This document shows positions 1-8,275 of a stretch of 64,000 nucleotides of DNA, in pieces (positions within the stretch are counted from its first letter, which is position 1; every line of letters starts with the position of its first letter). Origin of the DNA: Nitrospirales bacterium (GTDB lineage: Bacteria > Nitrospirota > Nitrospiria > Nitrospirales > UBA8639); the NCBI GenBank assembly GCA_965223295.1, contig CBDCWC010000003.1, positions 448,001 through 512,000 of the forward strand. Direction: 5' to 3'. The position numbers and the translations under genes were made by a program. The notes under the pieces are model-generated. The model did no database searches and was not told where the DNA came from. It worked only from the letters and a program-made list of their open reading frames with translations.

Positions 1-131
1 GTATAGGGCTCGGAAAGAGTCTTGGCAGGAAGTAGCAAGATCACATAACAAACCACGAGGACATAAGGGAAGACGGCCAAGACCGAATACCGAGTGGCAA
101 GAAAACGTCGAATTCCGATTACTGGTTTCAT
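1..131 (-). CDS. 5' end of a probable secreted protein running off the window edge (partial)
   Basis: Manual translation from the ATG at 131: MKPVIGIRRFLATRYSVLAVFPYVLVVCYVILLLPAKTLSEPY..., a basic N-terminus plus hydrophobic stretch resembling a signal peptide; open to the edge. Confidence 0.5.
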   Translation of the reverse strand, partial: MKPVIGIRRFLATRYSVLAVFPYVLVVCYVILLLPAKTLSEPY

Positions 132-245
132 ATTGTCTCTTTTGAAATATTTAACAGGAAGAACACGTGCGTAGAAAGTTCTCTGATTTTTTGAAGCTAG
201 AAATAAAATCTTCTTAGTGTAATCTCCGGAGACCAAAGGTTCAAA

Positions 246-1040
246 GGTTCTATCGCAATTAGCGAGCTATGGTATCATGGGCCTTTTTCAGGGGGAACCA
301 CGATGGGCACCATCTCCTTCAAAGGCCGACATTTCCAGCGCAACATGATTCTCCAAAGTATCCGTTGGTTTCTCGCCTATTCGCTCAGTTATCGGGGTAT
401 TGAAGAGATGATGGCGGAACGGGGCTTTTCCGTCGATCATTCCACCATCAATCGTTGGGTGCTTCAGTATTCGCCACAACTGGACGCCACCTTTCGACAC
501 AAGAAGAAACGGGTGGGCACGCGCTGGCGAATGGACGAGACGTATATCAAGGTGAAAGGCCACTGGAAATACTATTATCGCGCCGTGGATAAGCAAGGCC
601 AGAGCATCGACTTCCTCTTAACTGCCACCCGTGATCAGCAGGCCGCGCGGCGCTTTTTCAAGAAAGCCATCAAGCAAAACGGCAAACCGAATTTGGTCAA
701 TATTGATCAGAGCGGCGCCAATACCGCGGGCCTCACATTGGTGAATCAAGACCACAACACGCGCATCGAGATCCGTCAGTGCAAATATCTGAACAACATC
801 ATGGAGCAAGATCATCGACGGATCAAACAAGTGACGCGCTCGATGCTCGGCTTCGAGAACTTCTACGCCGCGCAACGCACCTTAGCCGGAATTGAAGTCA
901 TGGCCATGATCAAGAAAGGGCAGATGAACATTCGAGCGAGCCAGGAGCAGACCTATGCCCAAATGTTCTATTCGCTCGCAGCGTAGTCAATTCGGTTGAC
1001 GGGTTGTTGTTCGCCTCCCGTTCTTGTTTGCGACACAACC
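246..1040 (+). mobile_element. IS6-family insertion sequence (~795 bp)
   Basis: Imperfect 14-bp terminal inverted repeats GGTTCTATCGCAAT (246-259) and TTTGCGACACAACC (1027-1040) around an IS6 transposase; no flanking direct repeat. Confidence 0.9.
303..986 (+). CDS. IS6-family DDE transposase
   Basis: 227 aa; FKGRHF, LSYR..EEMMAERG..VDHSTI.RWV, WRMDETY, YRAVD, YLNN..EQDHR motifs typical of IS6/IS26/IS240. Confidence 0.95.
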   Translation: MGTISFKGRHFQRNMILQSIRWFLAYSLSYRGIEEMMAERGFSVDHSTINRWVLQYSPQLDATFRHKKKRVGTRWRMDETYIKVKGHWKYYYRAVDKQGQSIDFLLTATRDQQAARRFFKKAIKQNGKPNLVNIDQSGANTAGLTLVNQDHNTRIEIRQCKYLNNIMEQDHRRIKQVTRSMLGFENFYAAQRTLAGIEVMAMIKKGQMNIRASQEQTYAQMFYSLAA

Positions 1041-1096
1041 CCAAACCTCGCTGCCATTCAGGCTTTTGCAGGGTTTAAAGGGAAGTCAGTATGATG

Positions 1097-1172
1097 TGGT
1101 GCGCCCGACAGGAGTCGAACCTGTAACCTCTTGATCCGTAGTCAAGTGCTCTATCCATTGAGCTACGGGCGC
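1097..1172 (-). tRNA. tRNA-Arg (ACG)
   Basis: Reverse complement GCGCCCGTAGCTCAATGGATAGAGCA-CTTGA-CTACGGA-TCAAG-...GGTTCGACTCC...GGGCGCACCA; 76 nt, encoded CCA. Confidence 0.97.
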
Positions 1173-1220
1173 TGACAACTTAGCGAGAATATTCCTGTAG
1201 GGTAACTCAGGAAGAGCCTC

Positions 1221-1250
1221 TTTATACAGGTCTGTCACTTTTTCCGTCAA
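1221..1250 (-). promoter_or_regulatory. Putative sigma70 promoter of tRNA-Arg
   Basis: TTGACG-18 nt-TATAAA on the minus strand ~50 nt upstream of the tRNA. Confidence 0.5.
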
Positions 1251-1346
1251 CTCTGGACAAGACCCGCGCTTGTTGGTCTTTGGGCATACGAAAATTTTCC
1301 ACCTTTTTCGTAAAGAGCTTTAGAGCTGGGAGGAACAGAAGAAAGC

Positions 1347-2309
1347 TTAGGAAGTCGGAACGGGTTCTGGGTTTGCCTCGGATACACTATCGTTGACCAT
1401 CTGTTCAAGAAGGTCTAGCACTTTTTGAATTTCCTCAGGTTTCCCTAAACTGATCTGGAAAAAGGCTGACATGTCGGGAATGCCTTCGGCGATTTGCTGT
1501 GCAATATGGATGACACCCTCAGAATCGAGTTGTAAGAGCTCTTGGGATAATTCAATGGCTGTCTGAATGGCAATCTCGGTCTGAGGATGACACCACATGT
1601 CGGCTAACCGGCCAGATAAGGCGACACACATGATCGTGACCCTCGAGGCTTCATCTTCAAGAGGGGCTGCAAGGGATGGGTTATGACTGCCTCGTACGGC
1701 TTCACGTAACAATTCAGGCAATTCCCAGTTTTCTGCCAACCATGCTCCAATCTCACAATGATCTGTTTTCCAACGACTTTGCTCCAGCGTTTCAAGGATA
1801 TGATGGTCCTGGTTGGCTTTTTGATACAACGCACCATACTCATTACCGAACGCCTCGCTCATCACCAAAATGCCCAAATCTTGAAGGAGTCCGGCTAAGA
1901 ACACCTCTTCTTCGGTCACGACGCGTACACGCTTGGCCAACACTTTTGCAGCCAGACTGGATAAAATACATCGATGCCAAAAATGCGTATGATCAAATGC
2001 TCCTCCGCCCTTCTTTCGTAGATCACGGTATAAGGAAAAACAGAAGGCCAACGTCGAGATGGAATTCATGCCTAACAGCGTTACCGCTTGCGTCACGGTC
2101 GACACCTTATGCCGGCTTCCACCATAAAAACTGGAATTCGCAACATTTAGAAGTTTAGCGACAAAAGAAGGGTCTTTACTAATGACCTCGCCAACTTTAT
2201 TGGCGCTGGCATTTTCATCCCGGCACAATTGCAAGACCTGAAGAGGCAACGCCGGAATGGCCGGAAGGGTTTTACAATTCTTGATACGTTGGAGAATCTG
2301 TGGGTCCAT
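1347..2309 (-). CDS. Stand-alone HDOD-domain signalling protein
   Basis: LPAIP, DPSFVAKLLNVANSSFYG, AVTLLG, FWHR, AGLLQDLG, DHCEIGAWLAENWELP motifs. Confidence 0.85.
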   Translation of the reverse strand: MDPQILQRIKNCKTLPAIPALPLQVLQLCRDENASANKVGEVISKDPSFVAKLLNVANSSFYGGSRHKVSTVTQAVTLLGMNSISTLAFCFSLYRDLRKKGGGAFDHTHFWHRCILSSLAAKVLAKRVRVVTEEEVFLAGLLQDLGILVMSEAFGNEYGALYQKANQDHHILETLEQSRWKTDHCEIGAWLAENWELPELLREAVRGSHNPSLAAPLEDEASRVTIMCVALSGRLADMWCHPQTEIAIQTAIELSQELLQLDSEGVIHIAQQIAEGIPDMSAFFQISLGKPEEIQKVLDLLEQMVNDSVSEANPEPVPTS

Positions 2310-2627
2310 GCTCGTTCAGCTCGTTATCGCGGCGACAGTCTTCACTCATGACAGGCAGAGGTCTCCATGACGTAGTTCCCTTTTCAACCAGAACGACCTC
2401 CAGCGGATATACCATCATTGATGATATCGGATCTTTATAGGCCGACTTGAGGAAAGATTTGCCCATTACAAAAGGTTCTTCCACCTTGTTGCCCATATCT
2501 GCAGTTCAGAAAAGAAATGGAGAATTCTCTATGCAAGTTCAAGCGTTTGAGCGCTAAGACGCCAAACCGCGAAAGTCGCTTGGGAAGATGTTTCGTGAGA
2601 TTTCCTGAAAGTAGAAGCTGCGAAGAT

Positions 2628-4001
2628 TTATGAAGATGCAATTCCGTAGAGCGTCGATGGCGTGGCATCCTGCACCAGGACAGAAACCAAATCTCCGGGA
2701 GATGCGGGGAGAGCATTTTTTGGCCATACGACCGTCACATTCGATTCAGTGTGGCCCATCCATTGTTGATCGGATTTTTTGGCGTCTCCTTCAATCATGA
2801 CCTCAACATGAGTGTCAATCAACGTTTGGTTTTTGTGAAGGGAAATGTCTTTTTGTAAAGTAATGAGTTGATTCGTTCGATTCCCCTTGACCTGTTCAGA
2901 AATGTCATCAGGATATTTTCTTGCGGCAATCGTATGTTTACGTTCCGAATACTTAAAGACAAAGGCTGCCTGATATTGTATATCTTTCATCACATCGTAG
3001 GTCTCTTGGAATTCAGTATCCGTTTCCCCACAAAAACCGCAGATCAGATCTGTCGTCAACGCAATCGGGCCTTTTTTCTGAATGGCCACAACCAGTTTGA
3101 GATAGTCCCGGCGGGTATACCCCCGGCCCATACGTGCTAACATGCGATCACTCGCAGATTGCAACGGCAAGTGAATGTGGTTGCAAATGATAGGATGTTG
3201 GGCGACAGCTTCAAGCAATGGCGGAGGAAAGTCTTTCGGATGCGGCGACGTAAACCGCACGCGTTGAATACCCGGCACATCAGCCACCGCCACCAGCAAC
3301 CGAGCAAAATCCCACGCACCCGATTGATACGAATTGACATTCTGCCCCAGCAACGTAATTTGTCGAACGCCTTGACTGGCAAGCCGCTTGGTCTCTTCCA
3401 GGATACCTTCCGGATCCCGAGAACGTTCACGGCCTCTTGTATAGGGCACCACACAAAACGAACAAAAATTATCACATCCACGCATGACCGCAATCCAGCC
3501 ATTTACTCCGCTCTCTCGATCAGGAACGATTTGATCATAGGTTTCATACTCTGATAGATCGACAGCTAAACCCCGGCGCTGATGTTCCAACGCATCCGTC
3601 AACAAATCAGGCAAGCGGCGATACGCATCAGGCCCAACAAGCACATCAATCCATGACCGTATCTCTAATAATTCTTGTTTGAGATTTTGTGCCATGCAAC
3701 CTAAGACGCCAATGACGAGCCCTCTCTCTTTTTTTCTCGCTTTGTATCGAGCTAAATGTCCATAAAGCCGATTGTGGGCATTTTCTCGAATGGCACAGGT
3801 ATTAAACAAAATGACGTCAGCTTCGTCGTCAACCGGTGTAAATTGGAATCCCCTGCCCTTCATGATGGACCGCACCAATTCAGTGTCATATTCATTCATC
3901 TGACAGCCAAAGGTTTCCATATACACCTGATAGCTGTCCCTGTTTGTTGGAGACGACCCGGCTTTGAGACTTCTTGGAAACAGAAGAGGTGTACTAATCA
4001 T
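2628..4001 (-). CDS. miaB: tRNA-2-methylthio-N6-dimethylallyladenosine synthase
   Basis: TFGCQMNEYD, NTCAIRE, radical SAM GCDNFCSFCVVPYTRGRERSR, C-terminal TRAM domain. Confidence 0.93.
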   Translation of the reverse strand: MISTPLLFPRSLKAGSSPTNRDSYQVYMETFGCQMNEYDTELVRSIMKGRGFQFTPVDDEADVILFNTCAIRENAHNRLYGHLARYKARKKERGLVIGVLGCMAQNLKQELLEIRSWIDVLVGPDAYRRLPDLLTDALEHQRRGLAVDLSEYETYDQIVPDRESGVNGWIAVMRGCDNFCSFCVVPYTRGRERSRDPEGILEETKRLASQGVRQITLLGQNVNSYQSGAWDFARLLVAVADVPGIQRVRFTSPHPKDFPPPLLEAVAQHPIICNHIHLPLQSASDRMLARMGRGYTRRDYLKLVVAIQKKGPIALTTDLICGFCGETDTEFQETYDVMKDIQYQAAFVFKYSERKHTIAARKYPDDISEQVKGNRTNQLITLQKDISLHKNQTLIDTHVEVMIEGDAKKSDQQWMGHTESNVTVVWPKNALPASPGDLVSVLVQDATPSTLYGIASS

Positions 4002-5374
4002 ATAGTCAGCCCTTGACTCATCGAAAGAGAAGGTTGACTCGCAAAATGAGAATTGCTGTCTTGGGAGTTGAGTAGACCGACGACTCTATCAGACATGATC
4101 CCCGTAGCCATGACTGGCTGAATCGTATTTTTCAGATCACACGAAGACGGCACATCCACCCGAAGATAGTGGTCGGTGAAACCCGTCCACCGCCCATTTA
4201 CTTCTTCTTCAAACAAGACGGAAAGTTCTTGTCCTAAGAACCGTTGCTGAAAGGCCGCTCGTTTTTGACGGGATACTTCACGTACGGTCCGGCTGCGTTC
4301 TTGAATGACTTTCGGATCAACTTGGTCCGCCATTTTTGTGGAAGCCGTTCCAGGTCTGGGGGAATAACTGAAGACATGAAGATAGGCAAACGGCATCTTT
4401 CGCACAAAATCCAGCGTATGCTCAAAGGCCTGCCGGCTTTCTCCAGGAAATCCGACCATGACATCTGTGCCAATACAGAGTCCAGGAATCATGTTGAGTG
4501 CCAATTCCATAGCCTCTTGATACTCCTGAACCGAATATCGACGATTCATGGCTTCTAGAATTGAGTCATCGCCACTTTGTAATGGGACGTGCAGAAAACG
4601 GCAGAGCTTAGGCGACACCTGCATATATTCCAGAAGTCCCTCGGGAATGGTGGTGGGTTCAATAGAAGAAATACGGATACGTTCCAATCCTTCAATAGCT
4701 TCCAGCCGTGTGATGAGTCCTAATAGATCAAGACCTTGATCCTCATACTGTCCAATATTGACACCGGTCAACACCAATTCACGATGGCCCCTCAGAACAA
4801 GTTCTCTGGCCTCTCGAATGGCATCATCAATATGCCGACTGCGCTCCCGGCCTCTCGCAAAGGGGATCAGGCAAAACGCGCACATAAACTGACAGCCATC
4901 CTGAATTTTGAGATTGGCTCGCGTGGTGGAATAGTCCCCTGTCCCGTCCAGGACAAAATTCTCAGGATCTAATCGCTCATGATGAATAGTTGGGCCGGCT
5001 GATTTATCCTGGTGCGGAACCAACGGCACAAGATCGGGTAGCTGCATTTTAAATTGATTGCCCACAATAAGATCAATGCCAGCAATGTTTCGAAGCGCAT
5101 CCAGGCCAGTCTGTGCATAGCATCCCGTGACGGCCACAAAGGCCTGCGGCGAATGCCGAAGTGTCTGTCGAACGTGCCGACGGCAGTCTGCTTCGGCTCC
5201 TTCTGTGACTGTACACGAATTGAGGACCAGAATATCTGTGCCTTGCCCGTATTCAACAGGACGAAAGCCCCGACGCCTAAATCCATCTTTCATCAGCGCG
5301 GTCTCGGCTTGATTGAGACGGCAACCAATCGTCGAAAACGCCACTCGCAGCGGCTGATGTATCTTGTCCGTCAT
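3998..5374 (-). CDS. mtaB: tRNA t6A37 methylthiotransferase
   Basis: TIGCRLNQAE, NSCTVT, VTGCYAQ, LKIQDGCQFMCAFCLIPFARG, RIRISSIEP. Confidence 0.88.
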   Translation of the reverse strand: MTDKIHQPLRVAFSTIGCRLNQAETALMKDGFRRRGFRPVEYGQGTDILVLNSCTVTEGAEADCRRHVRQTLRHSPQAFVAVTGCYAQTGLDALRNIAGIDLIVGNQFKMQLPDLVPLVPHQDKSAGPTIHHERLDPENFVLDGTGDYSTTRANLKIQDGCQFMCAFCLIPFARGRERSRHIDDAIREARELVLRGHRELVLTGVNIGQYEDQGLDLLGLITRLEAIEGLERIRISSIEPTTIPEGLLEYMQVSPKLCRFLHVPLQSGDDSILEAMNRRYSVQEYQEAMELALNMIPGLCIGTDVMVGFPGESRQAFEHTLDFVRKMPFAYLHVFSYSPRPGTASTKMADQVDPKVIQERSRTVREVSRQKRAAFQQRFLGQELSVLFEEEVNGRWTGFTDHYLRVDVPSSCDLKNTIQPVMATGIMSDRVVGLLNSQDSNSHFASQPSLSMSQGLTI

Positions 5375-5639
5375 AGGAATTTGATTATAAAGAAGCCCAT
5401 TCCGTACAACAAGATTCCCCTTCTTCCTGTTCCTATTCGGCCGGGAACATGCTACTATTTTTCTTGATTAATCTACATTCGACAGAATGTCGAACCTCGC
5501 TATAGCCCTGGATCCACATCCTTGTTTACCACACCGCGTGCCCGTGGCTATTTGAGAGTCACTGTTTTTCTCATTCCAGAGATCATGCTGGAGAGATCCC
5601 TCTTTATCCAACATTTCTTGACTGAAGCTAATTGAAACC

Positions 5640-7019
5640 ATGAACGTTGGATTTGGGAAACTCCTCGTCACCCGTTTCATGGGTATTCGTTTGCAGCCTG
5701 GACAAGTCGTGGCCTTAGCGGCACTGGGCCTTATCGTCCTGGGTGCTGGCCTACTCCTGCTGCCATTTTCTACAAAACCTGACGTCTCTCTGGGAATCCT
5801 GGATGCCCTATTCACCGCGACATCCGCCGTTTGTGTGACCGGCTTGATCGTCATGGATACCCCGCAAGATTTTACGGCTTTTGGGCAGGGTGTGATTTTG
5901 TTCCTGATTCAAATCGGGGGACTTGGCTATGCCTTAATGGCCACGTTGATACTCTTGATGTTGGGACGTCGCTTAGGCTTGCGCGATCGCATGATGCTCT
6001 CTGAGACAATGAACACCATGGATCTGCAAGGCCTCGTGCGATTTGTCAAAATCGTCACATCAATGACCTTGGGTTTGGAAGGAATTGGAGCGATTCTGCT
6101 GACCTTGCGTTTTGCCATGGATCACCCCTGGGACACGGCAGCCTATTATGGTGTTTTTCACGCGATCTCCGCCTTCAACAATGCTGGATTCGCCTTATTT
6201 TCGGATAGTCTCATTTCCTTTCAAACAGATTGGACCATTAATATTATCGTAACGAGTTTAGTGATCTTAGGAAGTATTGGTTTTCTCGTCTTTGAAGATC
6301 TTTTGGACAATCTACGAGGGGCCCGATTCCGGTTCCGCACGCATACCAAACTTGTCGTGACAACGACGGGGCTGCTCATTGTCATTGGCACCTTCGGTAT
6401 TGCCATGCTGGAATGGAATAATCCTGCCACCATGCAATCCCTCTCCGCTGGCGAAACATTCACGGTTTCGTACTTTCACACCGTCTCACGAACCGCCGGA
6501 TTTACGACCGTCAACGTCGGTGAGATGCGAGAGCCTACGCTGTATTTTTTACTCCTACTCATGGCAGTAGGCGGGTCACCTGGTAGCATGTCTGGAGGAA
6601 TTAAAACCACCACCATTGCCATCGTCTTTTTGACTATTTGGAGCCTGTTACGGCGCGATAGTGATGTGGAAGCCTTTCACCGTCGCATTCCTCCAGACCT
6701 GATTACCCGCGCACTCTGTTTGACCATTTTGGCCGTGACCCTCATTACGGGAATGACGCTGCTTCTGAGCTCGACCGAATCACAGCCATTTTTATCCCTT
6801 ATGTTTGAAGTGACGTCTGCCATGGGCATTGTAGGCATGTCCCTGGGCGATGGTGATGCCCGAAGTCTATCGGCACTTCTCACCGACTTTGGAAAAATGA
6901 TGATCATGCTCTCGATGTTGTTGGGACGATTTGGCCCACTCGTCATTGGACTGTCTGCTGTTAAAACCTCGGTACACAAACCCTATCGTTTGGCCCAATC
7001 TCGTGTTGTGATCGGATAA
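5640..7019 (+). CDS. Trk/Ktr potassium uptake membrane subunit (TrkH/KtrB family)
   Basis: Pore-loop motifs FTATSAVCVTGL, AISAFNNAGF, SRTAGF, GGIKTTT, FEVTSAMGIVGMS. Confidence 0.9.
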   Translation: MNVGFGKLLVTRFMGIRLQPGQVVALAALGLIVLGAGLLLLPFSTKPDVSLGILDALFTATSAVCVTGLIVMDTPQDFTAFGQGVILFLIQIGGLGYALMATLILLMLGRRLGLRDRMMLSETMNTMDLQGLVRFVKIVTSMTLGLEGIGAILLTLRFAMDHPWDTAAYYGVFHAISAFNNAGFALFSDSLISFQTDWTINIIVTSLVILGSIGFLVFEDLLDNLRGARFRFRTHTKLVVTTTGLLIVIGTFGIAMLEWNNPATMQSLSAGETFTVSYFHTVSRTAGFTTVNVGEMREPTLYFLLLLMAVGGSPGSMSGGIKTTTIAIVFLTIWSLLRRDSDVEAFHRRIPPDLITRALCLTILAVTLITGMTLLLSSTESQPFLSLMFEVTSAMGIVGMSLGDGDARSLSALLTDFGKMMIMLSMLLGRFGPLVIGLSAVKTSVHKPYRLAQSRVVIG

Positions 7020-7024
7020 ATCTT

Positions 7025-7315
7025 CTACGCAATTCGACGTTGCAACATGAGGATAAAGGCCACGAGCGTCGGGAGCGGGCATATCGCATAGGGCAATAGC
7101 CACACCCACACATTTTTCCCGCGAACGCGGGCTTGATCAATCATCCACACAAAAATCCAAATAACCAACAGCACGTAGTTCACCGTGATCCATTGAGTCG
7201 TTCGCACATGCAACTGACTATCAGCCCCGCCACCGGTCATCACTAGAAATATGCCTTCTAGAATGACGAACGCAGCTAATAATCCCAGAACCAAACGCTT
7301 GCTCCAGACATACAT
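7025..7315 (-). CDS. Small hypothetical membrane protein (about 3 TM)
   Basis: Start reset to MYVWSK at 7315 behind the RBS AAGGAG; hydrophobic segments. Confidence 0.6.
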   Translation of the reverse strand: MYVWSKRLVLGLLAAFVILEGIFLVMTGGGADSQLHVRTTQWITVNYVLLVIWIFVWMIDQARVRGKNVWVWLLPYAICPLPTLVAFILMLQRRIA

Positions 7316-7472
7316 CGTTACACTCCTTGTTGAAAAATGATCCAATACATGAGACGTCTCAACTATCTTTTGCTTTTCATTTCCCTCTTCCCTCTCAGTC
7401 AAAAAAACCAGTCCTTATAACAAAAGTCCCATCAGAGCGTCCTACCCCGTCAATTTCTCGGCTCTATTCTTT

Positions 7473-7663
7473 GGGAGTGTTGAATAATGAAGATATCAAA
7501 AGCCATATTTCGCCATGAAGCCCTTGGCGATCAACAACCTCGGGGCTGTTCAAAAAAGTCCGTCCAGCAAGGTCACCGCCATTTTTGCGCGCGGAGCGTC
7601 CTGGCAGTACGTGAGCACAGAACAATGGTGAAAACGCTGCTGTCGGCTTTTTTCAACAGACTC
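7473..7663 (+). repeat. MITE-like element copy 1
   Basis: GGGAGTGTTGAATAA...GGGGCTGTTCAAAAAA...TTTTTCAACAGACTC flanked by TCTTT on both sides. Confidence 0.9.
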
Positions 7664-7774
7664 TCTTTAGATTTGTTAAGGAAGAATTTTCTGCTCAGCC
7701 GATCTGGATTTTTACGCTCAGCTGGTCATTAATTGATTTTTTTTAAAGAAAATTCGCCTCTTCATCTCTTCAAA

Positions 7775-7879
7775 TGTGCATAACTCCAATCGCCGAACAT
7801 TTTCCCTGTTGATAACTCATAAAATCTGCTTTGAAAGCCCTATCAATATTCATGTTTTACAACTCACAAGTTTTTCACA
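7775..7879. promoter_or_regulatory. DnaA-box-like sites upstream of nrdJ
   Basis: TGTGCATAA (7775), TGTTGATAA (7807, 1 mismatch) and TTTTTCACA (7871) against TTWTNCACA. Confidence 0.5.
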
Positions 7880-7903
7880 GAAATCCCCATGCCTTCACAA
7901 TTT

Positions 7904-7951
7904 TTACAATATTTAGTATTGACAATTCCCCCTATACTCTATAGATTGTGG
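7904..7951 (+). promoter_or_regulatory. Tandem NrdR boxes overlapping the nrdJ sigma70 promoter
   Basis: TTACAATATTTAGTAT (7904-7919) and ACTCTATAGATTGTGG (7936-7951), 32 bp apart, match acaCwAtATaTwGtg; TTGACA (7919)-17 nt-TAGATT (7942). Confidence 0.8.
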
Positions 7952-8106
7952 GTCATTGGTCTTTACCAATTATTTCTTCAGATCTTATTTTTCCTGTTTT
8001 CTCTGCTTGGTTCCGGTTTGTGGTATGACCTGTGAGTCACACAATTTGAGGGCATATTTCCTTTTCTAAAAACGGTGAAATAGAGCCCCTCTGGAACCGG
8101 TCAAGG

Positions 8107-8141
8107 AAAGGGCATGTCAATTCTGTACATGCTCTTTTTTT
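8107..8141 (+). terminator. Intrinsic terminator inside the nrdJ leader
   Basis: AAAGGGCATGT-9 nt-ACATGCTCTTT followed by a T run, ~135 nt before the start codon. Confidence 0.7.
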
Positions 8142-8275
8142 ATTCACCCTGACCCAATCATCCAAGTTATCCCTAGCTTGGTCGTTTGGAAGTAGAGAGT
8201 AACCGGACTAGTTACGATGATGATCGAAGAAATACCCCACTGTGCTTCCACCATGTCTTCAAAAGGAGACTTTTC

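Noticed and set aside
246-1040. IS6 as the mobiliser of the MITE family
   Set aside because: Its IRs (GGTTCTATCGCAA / GGTTGTGTCGCAA) do not match the MITE ends, and IS6 elements typically make 8-bp rather than 5-bp duplications
7954-8275. Cobalamin riboswitch ahead of the B12-dependent nrdJ
   Set aside because: The conserved B12-element motifs were not found by eye on the plus strand
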